A DNA stretch of 64,000 nt from Eubacteriales bacterium (GCA_045612545.1 JAZKZH010000005.1:7124-71123), one strand, 5' to 3'. Positions 19,674-28,875 are shown, numbered from the stretch's first letter. Notes: generated by a model from the letters alone, not told the origin. Program-made: numbers and translations.

Positions 19674-20534
19674 TTATCTCTCCGTGCCGATGAAGAACAT
19701 GGCGATGGTGCCGGGGCCGGAGTGTGCGCCGATGACGGTGCCGGTGGGAGCGATGATGATCTCGGGAACGTTCAGCTCTGCCTTCAGCTTCTCTGCGATC
19801 CACTGTGCATCCTCCAGACAGTCGCCGTGGCAGATGGCCATGGTCTGACTTGCGGGGTCGATGGCATAGGCCTTGACCTTATCCACCATGGTCTGCAGGG
19901 AGGCTTTTCTGCCTCTTACCTTGGACATATTGATCAGGTGACCCTCGTCATCCACGTGGAGAATGGGCTTGATGCCCAGCATGGTGCCTGCAATCGCGGT
20001 CACAGCGGAGATTCTGCCGCCGCGCTTCAAGAACATCAGATCATCAACGGTGAACCAATGCACCAGATGGGGGAGGGTGTCGATGACCCAATCCCGCACT
20101 GCCTCGATGGACTCCCCTGCCTGCTGCTTTCTTGCCGCAAGAACAGCGAGAAGGCCATGGCCTGTGGAGGCACAAAGGGTGCTGATATGGTACAGCTTAC
20201 GGTCGGGGTACTGCTCGGCCAGCTCCTCCATGGCAAGCTTACCGTTGTTGTAGGAGCAGCTCAGCCCCTCGGAAAAGCCAAGGTACAGAATGTCCTTCCC
20301 TGCTTCCAGCACGGGACGCATCTTCTCGGCATACTCCTCGATAGAGGGGGCGGAGGTGGAGGCCACTTCCCCTGCGCGAAGGCGCTCATAGAAGGTATGG
20401 CTATCCAGGGTATCAATATTCTCCTCGTTACCGCCAACGAACAAATGCAGATTGACGATCTGCAAGCCGTAGCGGTTGATCTCCTCGGCGGGAAGATCCA
20501 CGGAGCAATCGGCAAAAATCACATATTCAGACAT
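19674..20534 (-). CDS. DegV family fatty-acid-binding protein
   Basis: 286 aa. Typical DegV N-terminus (IFADCSVDLP), length and overall pattern. Confidence 0.85.
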   Translation of the reverse strand: MSEYVIFADCSVDLPAEEINRYGLQIVNLHLFVGGNEENIDTLDSHTFYERLRAGEVASTSAPSIEEYAEKMRPVLEAGKDILYLGFSEGLSCSYNNGKLAMEELAEQYPDRKLYHISTLCASTGHGLLAVLAARKQQAGESIEAVRDWVIDTLPHLVHWFTVDDLMFLKRGGRISAVTAIAGTMLGIKPILHVDDEGHLINMSKVRGRKASLQTMVDKVKAYAIDPASQTMAICHGDCLEDAQWIAEKLKAELNVPEIIIAPTGTVIGAHSGPGTIAMFFIGTER

Positions 20535-20603
20535 AGAGAAAACTCCTCGTTCCTATTTTGGATGAATTGAGTATACCACATTTTTTCGCCTTTGTCAATG
20601 ATT

Positions 20604-21926
20604 TTAGCACAGTGTGTGCTGATTTTTCAAAGCCAAAAGCAGTTCTTCGCGGGTGTTTTTCCATTTTCCGTCGGTAACCCCCTCCAAAAGAAAGCGCAAG
20701 GCCTGCCCCATCTCCTCACCCGAGGGGATGCCAAGGGTCAAAAGCTCCTTACCGCCGATGGCCAGATCCGCCACGGAAAGGCAGGGAGAGGTGGCCAGAA
20801 CGGCTTCCACCGCCAAACGGCATTCCTTGACGGAAGCAAGGTATTCCTCCGGACGGGCTTTGGCCAGAGCATCCCCTTCCATGAGGGAAAGCAGAGGCTG
20901 TGCCAATGCGGGAGTGATCCGTTGCAGCAGGCGGAGAATGCGGGGTGTATCCCATGCGCGAAGCAGCGTATCATGCTCCCGGATCAAGAGAGTAACGTCT
21001 CGGATCAGCTTTCTTTCCATCCGCAGACGGCGCATGATGGTTTCCGCCATTTTTGCCCCCGCCGCAGGATGCCCTCGGAAGCTGCTGCCGTCAGCCACCC
21101 GGGGCTTGCCCAGATCGTGAAAGAAGGCGGCAAGGCGCAACATAGGCTCCGGCGGAACGTTCCGCACCACATGGAGGATGTGGGTATATACGTCGTACAC
21201 GTGGTGGGAAGATTGCTGGTGGAAACCAAAGGCGGGGCGGATCTCCGGTAGGAAGAAGGCCATCAGCTCCCGATATTCATCCAGAATCTCGTAGGCGTGA
21301 CTGCCGCAAAGAAGCTTGACAAACTCCACGGAAATGCGTTCCATGGACACCTTGGCAAGCAAGGGGGTATATTCCAGCATGGCCGCCTTGGTGGCAGGCT
21401 CTGCCCGAAAGCCCAACACGGAGGCAAACCGCGCCCCCCGCAAAATGCGAAGAGCATCCTCCGAAAAGCGGCGCTTGGGATCACCCACACAGCGGATCAC
21501 CTTGTTTTGCAGGTCTTCCCTGCCGCCATAGGGATCGATAAGCCCCGTCTCGGGACTCCAGGCCATGGCGTTCACGGTAAAATCCCTGCGGGCAAGATCC
21601 TCTTCTATGGTGGAAGCAAAGGTCACCCCGTCGGGATGTCTGCCGTCGGAATAGCTGCCGTCGGTACGGAAGGTGGTGATCTCCAAGGGCATACCGCCGG
21701 AAAATACCGTAACGGTGCCGTGCTTAAGACCTGTTTCCACCACATTTTTGTCGGGAAACAGCGCCTTCACCTCCTCCGGCTTGGCAGAGGTGGTCAGATC
21801 GTAATCTGTGGGAACAACGCCCCGCAGAACGTCCCGCACGCATCCTCCCACCAAAAAGCCTTGGTAGCCATGGGATGCAAGACGCTCCAACGCTTCCGCA
21901 ACGGGAAGGGGCAGATCAGTCCACAT
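20604..21926 (-). CDS. cca: CCA-adding tRNA nucleotidyltransferase
   Basis: 440 aa. PolyA-polymerase head domain (GGCVRDxLxG...DYDL) and an HD-like segment (FHDLGKP). Confidence 0.9.
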   Translation of the reverse strand: MWTDLPLPVAEALERLASHGYQGFLVGGCVRDVLRGVVPTDYDLTTSAKPEEVKALFPDKNVVETGLKHGTVTVFSGGMPLEITTFRTDGSYSDGRHPDGVTFASTIEEDLARRDFTVNAMAWSPETGLIDPYGGREDLQNKVIRCVGDPKRRFSEDALRILRGARFASVLGFRAEPATKAAMLEYTPLLAKVSMERISVEFVKLLCGSHAYEILDEYRELMAFFLPEIRPAFGFHQQSSHHVYDVYTHILHVVRNVPPEPMLRLAAFFHDLGKPRVADGSSFRGHPAAGAKMAETIMRRLRMERKLIRDVTLLIREHDTLLRAWDTPRILRLLQRITPALAQPLLSLMEGDALAKARPEEYLASVKECRLAVEAVLATSPCLSVADLAIGGKELLTLGIPSGEEMGQALRFLLEGVTDGKWKNTREELLLALKNQHTLC

Positions 21927-22689
21927 AAGAGAACAGATCTCCGCTTTCTATGTAGCAGATCTCCAGCTCGGGATATTTTTCAGCCATATCGGAAGCGTAC
22001 GCCTCCATACCGGGGGCTTCGCAGGCAGAATGTCCCAGCACCAGCATGGCCTTGGGAATGCCGAACTGGGAGGCATCGCGGATTGGCTCACCGTCCCGCC
22101 ATTCGCAGATCTCGCCGGTGATCATCAGCTGGTTGTCATCTCCCAAAAACTTATCCGCCGCACCGCTTCCCCCTGCGCCAAGCATCATATTGATCCCGGT
22201 CACAAGCAGATCGGGATCCCCGATGATGCGGGGGTGGCGAATGCCCAGATTTTCCTTGACACTTTTTGCCAAGTCATAAACGGTGGTGGGCGTATCCAGA
22301 ACAAATCCCGTTCTGCCATCAAAGGTACCCTCCCAGCCCACAAGCCGCAGGAAGCCCTCGTTGATGTGGTCAAAATCCACGCCCCAATGGATAAAATCGT
22401 GGAAGCGGTACAGAGTGAAGGGCATTTCCGCCACGAACTCCCGCTTTTTCAGGGTAACGGCATCCTCTCTGGGGTTTTCAAAATGATCGTGGAAGGTGGG
22501 TTCATGGGTGATCACCATGTCCGCGCCCCACTTTTTTGCTTGATTCAGCACGTCCGGCGTGGCGGTCATGCAGAGGGCAACCTTGCGCACCTCTTTTTCC
22601 GGGTCGCCGTGCTTGCAGGTGTCTACGGTGGGTCTGTTCAAGGTAGCTCCTCCGATGAGCTGCTCCATCAATTCTCTTGCTGTCATCAT
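21916..22689 (-). CDS. Nif3-like dinuclear-metal-centre protein (probable)
   Basis: About 257 aa. GADMVITHEP and GHSACE motifs resemble the NIF3/YqfO family. AAGGAG RBS before ATGATG. Confidence 0.5.
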   Translation of the reverse strand: MMTARELMEQLIGGATLNRPTVDTCKHGDPEKEVRKVALCMTATPDVLNQAKKWGADMVITHEPTFHDHFENPREDAVTLKKREFVAEMPFTLYRFHDFIHWGVDFDHINEGFLRLVGWEGTFDGRTGFVLDTPTTVYDLAKSVKENLGIRHPRIIGDPDLLVTGINMMLGAGGSGAADKFLGDDNQLMITGEICEWRDGEPIRDASQFGIPKAMLVLGHSACEAPGMEAYASDMAEKYPELEICYIESGDLFSYVD

Positions 22690-22763
22690 AAATCTCCTTT
22701 TCGTTTTCTGTAACAACGGAAAGCGGGAGACCTTGGCTCGGTCCCCCGCTATGCTTGGTTGGA

Positions 22764-24062
22764 TTAGTTCAAAGTGATCACGGGGATCTTGGCGTAGTCG
22801 TTTCTGCCGATGATGCCGCCGCCATTACGGGCAGTGATGTTCTTCCAAATACCCTTGGAAATGTCATCCTTGTTGGTGGAGTTGATGGAGAAGGCCAGAC
22901 CCAGCTCCATTCCCTCCTCGGGAGTCACACCCAGCTCGGCGAAGGGGAATGCTACCTCGTAAACGGTAAGCTGCTCTGCATCATCGCGGGAGCAAGCAAC
23001 CTTGCCGCCGGTGGTGCCGTAGTAGCAGGTCTCGCCGCTGTCGTTCACGGCAAAGCCGCAGGAGATAACAACCTTTTCGTTATCGGCAGTCTTGTCGATC
23101 ACGCGGTCAAAATGCTCGGAGATGTAGTCCCCTGCAGGGCTTTCTGCAGAGTACTTCACCTGAATGCACTCATACTGCCACATATCCGATGCCTTATCGG
23201 TGGAGATGGGGCAATAGTGATAGGGAGACTGAACCACTACGCAGAGGTAGAGGTAGGTATCGTCGTAGGTCACGTAGTAATCTGCGGTAGCGTAGTAGTT
23301 GTCCTTCTCGAACTGAGCGTAGGACCAGCCCTCGTTCTCCGCATCGATGTGGTCGATGTAGTAATCCTCCCACTCGGCTTCGTCAAATACGCCGTCGATG
23401 GTGGGAGCGGCGGCAGTCTTGTCTACGTCGTAGTCAACGCCGGTGTAAAGGTGCAGACCGTGGGGGAATACGGTGGTGCCTTCCTTGATATCCTTTGCAC
23501 GGGTGATGTAGTTCGCGTGGTAGGAATGGATAGCGATGGCAAATCCATCCTCGTCGATAGCGGTATCTTCGGCCGCGCCAACCTCATAGAAGGCGGTCTT
23601 TACGTAACCGAAATAGGTGTGATCGTAGGTAAATACAACCACTGCGAAATCAGCCAGCTCGTCGGCAGCGGGCATACCGTATTCTTCGGTATAAAGAATC
23701 ACTGCGCCGTATGCAAGGTCTTCGTTCACGCCGGTCAAGGGGATCGCATTGGAGCCGGTAGCGCGGTCGTTGGTGGAAACGGTACCGATGGATACAAACT
23801 TATTCAAGAATGCAGGAACCTCGGGAGCTTCGGTATCCTCAGAAGAAGTGTCCTCGGAAGAAGTGTCCTCGGAAGCCTCCTCGGAAGACTCAGCCTCGGA
23901 GGATTCGGTAGAAACTGCCTCCTCGGAGGAGGTGGGAGCTTCGCTGCTTACGCCTGCGGCGGAAGAGGTGCTGCTAACCTCAGCAGGCTCTTCGGTACAA
24001 GCTGCAAGAGCGAACACCATCAAAGTTGCCAAAAGCATTGCCAGAAATTTTTTCATGTTCAT
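22764..24062 (-). CDS. secreted lipoprotein with CBM9/DOMON-like carbohydrate-binding fold
   Basis: 432 aa. Lipobox LAAC, an acidic S/E/T linker and an AEWEDYY...TYLYLCVVV pattern. Confidence 0.5.
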   Translation of the reverse strand: MNMKKFLAMLLATLMVFALAACTEEPAEVSSTSSAAGVSSEAPTSSEEAVSTESSEAESSEEASEDTSSEDTSSEDTEAPEVPAFLNKFVSIGTVSTNDRATGSNAIPLTGVNEDLAYGAVILYTEEYGMPAADELADFAVVVFTYDHTYFGYVKTAFYEVGAAEDTAIDEDGFAIAIHSYHANYITRAKDIKEGTTVFPHGLHLYTGVDYDVDKTAAAPTIDGVFDEAEWEDYYIDHIDAENEGWSYAQFEKDNYYATADYYVTYDDTYLYLCVVVQSPYHYCPISTDKASDMWQYECIQVKYSAESPAGDYISEHFDRVIDKTADNEKVVISCGFAVNDSGETCYYGTTGGKVACSRDDAEQLTVYEVAFPFAELGVTPEEGMELGLAFSINSTNKDDISKGIWKNITARNGGGIIGRNDYAKIPVITLN

Positions 24063-24111
24063 TTCTCCTTTTTTTGGGTTTTCCTAATTATATAACAGAA
24101 ATAAATGTATG

Positions 24112-24651
24112 TCAAGAGTTTTTTGCGCCCTTGCGGTCAAAACGCCACATAGCGATCACAATGGAGGCGGTGTTGAAGCATTCCGTGATGGCACCCGCCC
24201 AGGAGAGGCTTGCCAAATTATATGCCAACCACAGCCAGGAGCCGGGAAGGTTCAGCCGGCGGACAGTCTTGGGTTCATCCGCCCACAACCCGAAGCTGGT
24301 GACCACCATGGCCACCGTGGGAAGCAGAGAAAGCCAGCTTTCCCAAGTGACGATACAGCACCCTGCGGAAACCACCGAGAACACGTAGGGCCAAAAAGCG
24401 TAGGACCAGCGGGGAGCAGACCCTTTCTTGGAATACACAAAGCCTCTTGCCGCCCCGATCAGGTTCATTGCCATGCCGGAATAAGCGCCCAAAAGCCCGA
24501 AGTGCAACGTCCATACCAAGGAGGAAAGCATCTGCAGAAAAGCAATGCGTTCCCGTTTGTTTTGCTGAAAGGAAATGAACGCCAAGGTCATTCCCACAAA
24601 GCCCACGGCTTGGGCGATATAGAAGGTCATAAAGAAATCCGTCCTTATCAA
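24112..24651 (-). CDS. YgjV family inner-membrane protein
   Basis: 179 aa and 5-6 TM helices. The N-terminal QAVGFVGMTLAFISFQQNKR motif is typical of YgjV. Confidence 0.7.
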   Translation of the reverse strand: MIRTDFFMTFYIAQAVGFVGMTLAFISFQQNKRERIAFLQMLSSLVWTLHFGLLGAYSGMAMNLIGAARGFVYSKKGSAPRWSYAFWPYVFSVVSAGCCIVTWESWLSLLPTVAMVVTSFGLWADEPKTVRRLNLPGSWLWLAYNLASLSWAGAITECFNTASIVIAMWRFDRKGAKNS

Positions 24652-24686
24652 AAGCTACGGGGTATTATACTCCATCGGGAGGAAAA

Positions 24687-24854
24687 ATGCAAGAGGGAGA
24701 AAAACATTTGCGCTTTTTCAAAAAAAGTTTTGGACGTTTGGCGGATTTTCGATATATGTATAGTGAAAGCAAAACGCTCCCTCCGGGGGAGTTTGAAAAA
24801 ACGGACGAATACCGCCAGATGCTGGAAGAATACGAAAGACTTCACGGCAACTGA
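24687..24854 (+). CDS. small hypothetical protein (55 aa, below the ORF-track cut-off)
   Basis: My own translation is MQEGEKHLRFFKKSFGRLADFRYMYSESKTLPPGEFEKTDEYRQMLEEYERLHGN. GGGAGG RBS 4 nt upstream and a terminator-like hairpin at 24875-24907. Confidence 0.35.
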   Translation: MQEGEKHLRFFKKSFGRLADFRYMYSESKTLPPGEFEKTDEYRQMLEEYERLHGN

Positions 24855-24911
24855 TCCCACCGAATAACCCCGCTCCGCTCTCCCTTCACCGGGAGGGCGG
24901 ATTTTTTCCTC

Positions 24912-24940
24912 TTGACAAACGGCGGCGGGTGCTTTATAAT
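24912..24940 (+). promoter_or_regulatory. sigma-A type promoter (TTGACA-17-TATAAT)
   Basis: Perfect consensus hexamers 33 nt upstream of the 24973 ORF. Confidence 0.55.
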
Positions 24941-24972
24941 AGTAAAGAAGAAAAAGAAAGGAACGGGAAGCC

Positions 24973-25536
24973 ATGGATCGTACGTTGAAGGTAAAAATTG
25001 CGCTGGGGGTGACCCTTGTTTTTTTGGCGGCGCGGCTGATTCTGGGTCTCTTCCCCGTGCCCTTGGAATTTGCTCCCTATTCCACCGAGGGAAAGGCGGC
25101 CACTCTGCAGAAGGTCTCTTTTGTGGAGATCCAATTGGCCTTTTCTCTTGTAACGGACGATAATATTCCCGTGTATTACTACAAGGTGGTGCAGACGGAC
25201 GGCAGTGAGGGCGCCGTTTGCTCCAAGGTGCTCTATAAAAACGAGACCTTTGAAGAGCCCGTGACCTTCACCGGGATGATCACCCGCGTAGCTCCCACGG
25301 AGGATCTTTACGACCCCGCCATCGTGGTGATTCCCGAAGGCGGCGACCCGGAGGCATACAAGAAAATGGAAGGTGTTTCCGTTCTCAATCGGGATTACAC
25401 CCAAACCACCACCGATCACCCCGCTTGCTTCTGGGTGGCGGCGGGAGGCTTTATCTCATTCTGCGTCATGCTTGCCATGCTGCTGAAGGAATATGCCGGC
25501 GGAAAACGGAAGGCTTTGCCGGATGAGGCTGAATAA
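24973..25536 (+). CDS. hypothetical membrane protein
   Basis: 187 aa with N-terminal and C-terminal TM helices. Consensus promoter upstream. Confidence 0.5.
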   Translation: MDRTLKVKIALGVTLVFLAARLILGLFPVPLEFAPYSTEGKAATLQKVSFVEIQLAFSLVTDDNIPVYYYKVVQTDGSEGAVCSKVLYKNETFEEPVTFTGMITRVAPTEDLYDPAIVVIPEGGDPEAYKKMEGVSVLNRDYTQTTTDHPACFWVAAGGFISFCVMLAMLLKEYAGGKRKALPDEAE

Positions 25537-25640
25537 ACGGGAAAGATTTTTTATAAAAACCATAAAAACTCTTGCAAAACAGCCGCAAATGTGGTAGAAT
25601 ATTCCACGGTCGGCAGAAAAACCCACAGGAGGTCTCCCCT

Positions 25641-26483
25641 ATGAGTTACGCAGATACTTTATTCATCAATATGTGCCGCGACATTTTGGAAAATGGCACG
25701 GACACCAAGGGTGAGAAGGTTCGTCCCGTTTGGGAGGACGGCACTCCCGCCTACACCATCAAGAAGTTCTGCGTGGTGAACCGCTACGATCTGCGGAAGG
25801 AGTTCCCTGCCCTGACCTTGCGGAAGACCAATCTGAAAAACTGCGTGGATGAGCTTTTGTGGATCTGGCAGAAGAAATCCAACAACATCCATGAGCTGAA
25901 TTCCCATATCTGGGATTCCTGGGCAGACGAGGAAGGCTCCATCGGTACTGCCTACGGCTATCAGCTTGGGGTGAAGCATCAATACAAAGAGGGTATGTTC
26001 GATCAGGTAGACAGAGTGCTTTACGATCTGAAGCACAACCCATTCTCCCGTCGGATCATGACCAGCCTTTACAACCACCACGATCTCCATTCCATGGCGT
26101 TGTATCCCTGCGCTTACAGCATGACCTTCAACGTCACCCAGGAGGACGGTCAGCTGGTGCTGAACGGCATCCTGAACCAGCGCAGTCAGGACGTTTTGAC
26201 TGCCAACAACTGGAACGTGTGCCAGTACGCCGTACTGCTTCATATGTTCGCTCAAGTGTCCGGCATGGTGGCAGGTGAATTCGTTCACGTCATTGCGGAT
26301 GCCCACATTTACGACAGACACGTGGATCTGGTCAAGGAGATGCTCCAAAGAGAACCTCTCCCCGCCCCCAAGTTCCATATCAACCCCGAGATCAAAGATT
26401 TCTACGATTTCAAGGTTGAGGACGTTTGGCTGGAGGATTATGTGACGCATCCCCAGATCAAGGGCATTCCCGTAGCAATATAA
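25641..26483 (+). CDS. thyA: thymidylate synthase (ThyA)
   Basis: Start at MSYADTLF. Motifs RRIMTSLYN, active-site PCAYS and DAHIY. Confidence 0.9.
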   Translation: MSYADTLFINMCRDILENGTDTKGEKVRPVWEDGTPAYTIKKFCVVNRYDLRKEFPALTLRKTNLKNCVDELLWIWQKKSNNIHELNSHIWDSWADEEGSIGTAYGYQLGVKHQYKEGMFDQVDRVLYDLKHNPFSRRIMTSLYNHHDLHSMALYPCAYSMTFNVTQEDGQLVLNGILNQRSQDVLTANNWNVCQYAVLLHMFAQVSGMVAGEFVHVIADAHIYDRHVDLVKEMLQREPLPAPKFHINPEIKDFYDFKVEDVWLEDYVTHPQIKGIPVAI

Positions 26484-26499
26484 AAGCAAAAGGATTTTT

Positions 26500-27006
26500 A
26501 TGGTAATTTTAGTAGCGGTGGATCGCAACGGCGCCATCGGCAAAAACAACGGGTTGCTTTACCGCATTCCCGAGGATCTTAAGAATTTCAAGGCACTGAC
26601 CACCGACAACGTGGTGGTCATGGGCAGAAAAACATTGGAAAGCTTCCCCGGCGGGAAGCCCTTGCCCAACCGTTTAAACGTGGTGCTTTCCTCTCGGTAT
26701 GAGAACACGGAAGGCTATGACAATCTGTTGGTGGCAAGAGGTGCGCTGGAGCTGTTTAACCTGTTGGGGCAAAATTCCCAGGGCAAAACGGTGTATCTCT
26801 GCGGCGGTGAAAGCGTTTACAAGGCATTCGCCGGTGCTTGCGACGGCGCAATTATTACCGAGATCGATGCAGAAACCGAGGGCGCAGATGCCTTCTTCCC
26901 CCATCTCCTCCCCGAGGACGGCTGGCAGGTGACGGAAACTACCGAGTGGAGAACCTCCGTTTCCGGCTTGCGCTATCGATTCGTTACTTTGAAAAAAGAG
27001 GCGTAA
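26500..27006 (+). CDS. folA: dihydrofolate reductase
   Basis: 168 aa. VAVDRNGAIGKNNGLLYRIPEDLKNFK and VMGRKT motifs. Classic thyA-folA pairing. Confidence 0.9.
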   Translation: MVILVAVDRNGAIGKNNGLLYRIPEDLKNFKALTTDNVVVMGRKTLESFPGGKPLPNRLNVVLSSRYENTEGYDNLLVARGALELFNLLGQNSQGKTVYLCGGESVYKAFAGACDGAIITEIDAETEGADAFFPHLLPEDGWQVTETTEWRTSVSGLRYRFVTLKKEA

Positions 27007-27021
27007 AACCCTCTTTCATAT

Positions 27022-27095
27022 GCGGGCGTAGTTTAGTGGTAGAACTTCAGCTTCCCAAGCTGACCGTGCGGGTCCGATTCCCGTCGCCCGCTCCA
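27022..27095 (+). tRNA. tRNA-Gly (anticodon CCC)
   Basis: Hand-folded cloverleaf. Acceptor GCGGGCG/CGCCCGC. Anticodon arm TCAGC-TTCCCAA-GCTGA. 4-nt variable loop. Encoded CCA. The T-loop reads TCCGATT. Confidence 0.85.
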
Positions 27096-27137
27096 GAAGA
27101 AACTCAGAATTGCGCGCAATTCTGAGTTTCTTCAACT

Positions 27138-27306
27138 AAATCCGCATACAGCGGAATAAATCCTCTATCGAGGATGAAATCGCCTCGCAATGAAATCCCG
27201 CTGACGCGGGGTGATAGGAGGCGGATTTAATTTCATCTGAAGCCGCAGGCTGAAGATTTCATCCAAGATTGCCTTGGATTTCATCCTGCAACGCAGGATT
27301 TCATTC
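27138..27306 (+). repeat. array of about 8 short hairpins with conserved ATCC...GGAT(TTC) flanks
   Basis: Examples are TCCGC-ataca-GCGGA, ATCCTC-tatc-GAGGAT, CCCGC-tgac-GCGGG, ATCCAAG-attgc-CTTGGAT and ATCCTGC-aac-GCAGGAT, separated by TTCAT/GAAAT. Confidence 0.6.
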
Positions 27307-27344
27307 TCTTTTTTGGATATATAACATACTTATAATCAGAGGTA

Positions 27345-27695
27345 TTGTTTATGGCAGAGAACAAACTCGCAGATTTATCCATGGATTTCGCAATCAAAAT
27401 ACTAAAGATGACCGACGGTATAAAAGGACATTACTCTCTTATCAATCAGTTGGAGCGTAGCGCAACTTCTATCGGCGCAAACATAAGAGAGGCAAAATAT
27501 GCCCACAGCAAAGCAGACTTCGTTTCCAAGTTGCAGATAGCATTAAAGGAATGTTACGAAACAGAGTATTGGCTTGAGCTTATGCAGCACTCGGAAATTT
27601 TCGTTGACAATACCATGAAAACACTCCTTCACGATTGCGGGACCATTCGGCGAATGCTGATTTCTTCAATCAACACAACAAAGGCGAATATGTAA
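27345..27695 (+). CDS. four-helix-bundle protein (23S rRNA intervening-sequence protein family)
   Basis: 116 aa. SIGANIREA and ECYETEYWLEL motifs characteristic of this family. AT-rich. Terminator at 27704-27731. Confidence 0.8.
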   Translation: MFMAENKLADLSMDFAIKILKMTDGIKGHYSLINQLERSATSIGANIREAKYAHSKADFVSKLQIALKECYETEYWLELMQHSEIFVDNTMKTLLHDCGTIRRMLISSINTTKANM

Positions 27696-27985
27696 TCACT
27701 CTCAAGACCCCTTCGTGGGTCTTCTTTTTTTGGACTGTAACAATGGAGGGAATCGCGGCCAATACATAGCCAAAAGCATACTGTATTTATGCCGCTATGC
27801 AAAACGGCAAGCCGTTTTGGTACCTTGGTCGAGTGTCTTGGGGACCCTGACCATCTCCCGTCGCATCTGCTATCCCTGCCCTTTTCCTTCCAAAATGTTA
27901 ATTTTTTTGGAAGGATGACAGGATTCTCTTTCTTTTTTCAAAAAAGTATGCTATACTATTCCCATCGAAAGGATGTGAAACGGAT

Positions 27986-28183
27986 ATGAAGATCAGACTG
28001 AACGAAAACGAAGAGATCGTCCGCACCATCAAGGAAGGTCTTGAGAAGAAGGACGGCTACTGTCCCTGCCGTTTGGGCAAAGCGGAGGAATATAAGTGTA
28101 TGTGCAAGGAATTCCGCGAGCAGATCAAGGATCCCGATTTTGAGGGGTATTGCCACTGCTTGCTGTATTACAAAGAGAAATAA
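27986..28183 (+). CDS. ferredoxin-thioredoxin-reductase catalytic-subunit-like mini protein
   Basis: 65 aa with a CPC...C-x-C...CHC cysteine pattern. Lies 15 nt upstream of trxA. Confidence 0.65.
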   Translation: MKIRLNENEEIVRTIKEGLEKKDGYCPCRLGKAEEYKCMCKEFREQIKDPDFEGYCHCLLYYKEK

Positions 28184-28197
28184 GAAGGAGATAAATT

Positions 28198-28512
28198 ATG
28201 GCAGAAGTGAAATTGACCGCAGAGGCCTTCTCTTCGGAGGTGCTTTGCAGTGACAGACCCGTACTCATCGATTTCTGGGCAACCTGGTGTGGTCCTTGCA
28301 TGATGATCGCCCCGGTGATCGCGGAGATTGCAGAGGAACATCCGGAGTGGAAGGTATGCAAGGTGAACGTGGACGAGGAGGGCACCTTGGCGGCCCGCTT
28401 CGGCATCAACAGCATTCCCACGGTATTGCTCATCAAGGAGGGCAGAACCGTTGCCACCTCCGTGGGCTACCGCACCAAGGAGCAGCTCTTGGCGACCTTG
28501 GGGTTGAATTAA
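28198..28512 (+). CDS. trxA: thioredoxin
   Basis: 104 aa. WCGPC active site. Confidence 0.95.
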   Translation: MAEVKLTAEAFSSEVLCSDRPVLIDFWATWCGPCMMIAPVIAEIAEEHPEWKVCKVNVDEEGTLAARFGINSIPTVLLIKEGRTVATSVGYRTKEQLLATLGLN

Positions 28513-28677
28513 AGCAAGAGAACGATTAAGGGGGGGCTTTCTTTCGAAAAAGAAAGTCCCCCTTTCCCCAAAAAGAAACCTCAGTGCCGAAAATTGTCGT
28601 TTTCGGGAGAAGAAAAGATACAGCTCAAAGCTTGGATTGCAAAAAAACGACCTGCTTACGCAAGTCGTTTTTTCTTC

Positions 28678-28762
28678 TGGTGCGGCTGATGGGACTTGAA
28701 CCCATACGGAGTACTCCACACGCCCCTCAAACGTGCGCGTCTGCCAATTCCGCCACAGCCGC
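28678..28762 (-). tRNA. tRNA-Leu (anticodon GAG)
   Basis: The reverse complement folds as a class II tRNA. Acceptor GCGGCTG, anticodon arm CACGT-TTGAGGG-GCGTG, long variable arm, T-arm GGGTTCAAGTCCC, encoded CCA. Confidence 0.85.
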
Positions 28763-28875
28763 AGACCGTATTTTGTTTCGCGCATTTTCTTCATCGGGAA
28801 AGGAGGGAACTCTCCAAACGCGCAAAAACTATTATACACAAATATTTGGCTTTGTCAAGACTTTTACAGAATTTT

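Noticed and set aside
22755-24095. 446-aa plus-strand ORF opposite the CBM9-like lipoprotein gene
   Set aside because: The same shadow-ORF reasoning applies. The minus-strand frame has a lipobox, an acidic linker and a coherent domain.
27138-27306. Considered whether the repeated ATCC...GGAT hairpins are a CRISPR array
   Set aside because: The conserved parts are only about 4-10 nt. Units are about 17-26 nt with no constant repeat/spacer periodicity. No cas genes are present.
27096-27990. Considered a prophage or integrative element at tRNA-Gly
   Set aside because: There is no integrase, no direct repeat of the tRNA 3' end and only one small gene. It is kept only as a possible small insertion (see findings).
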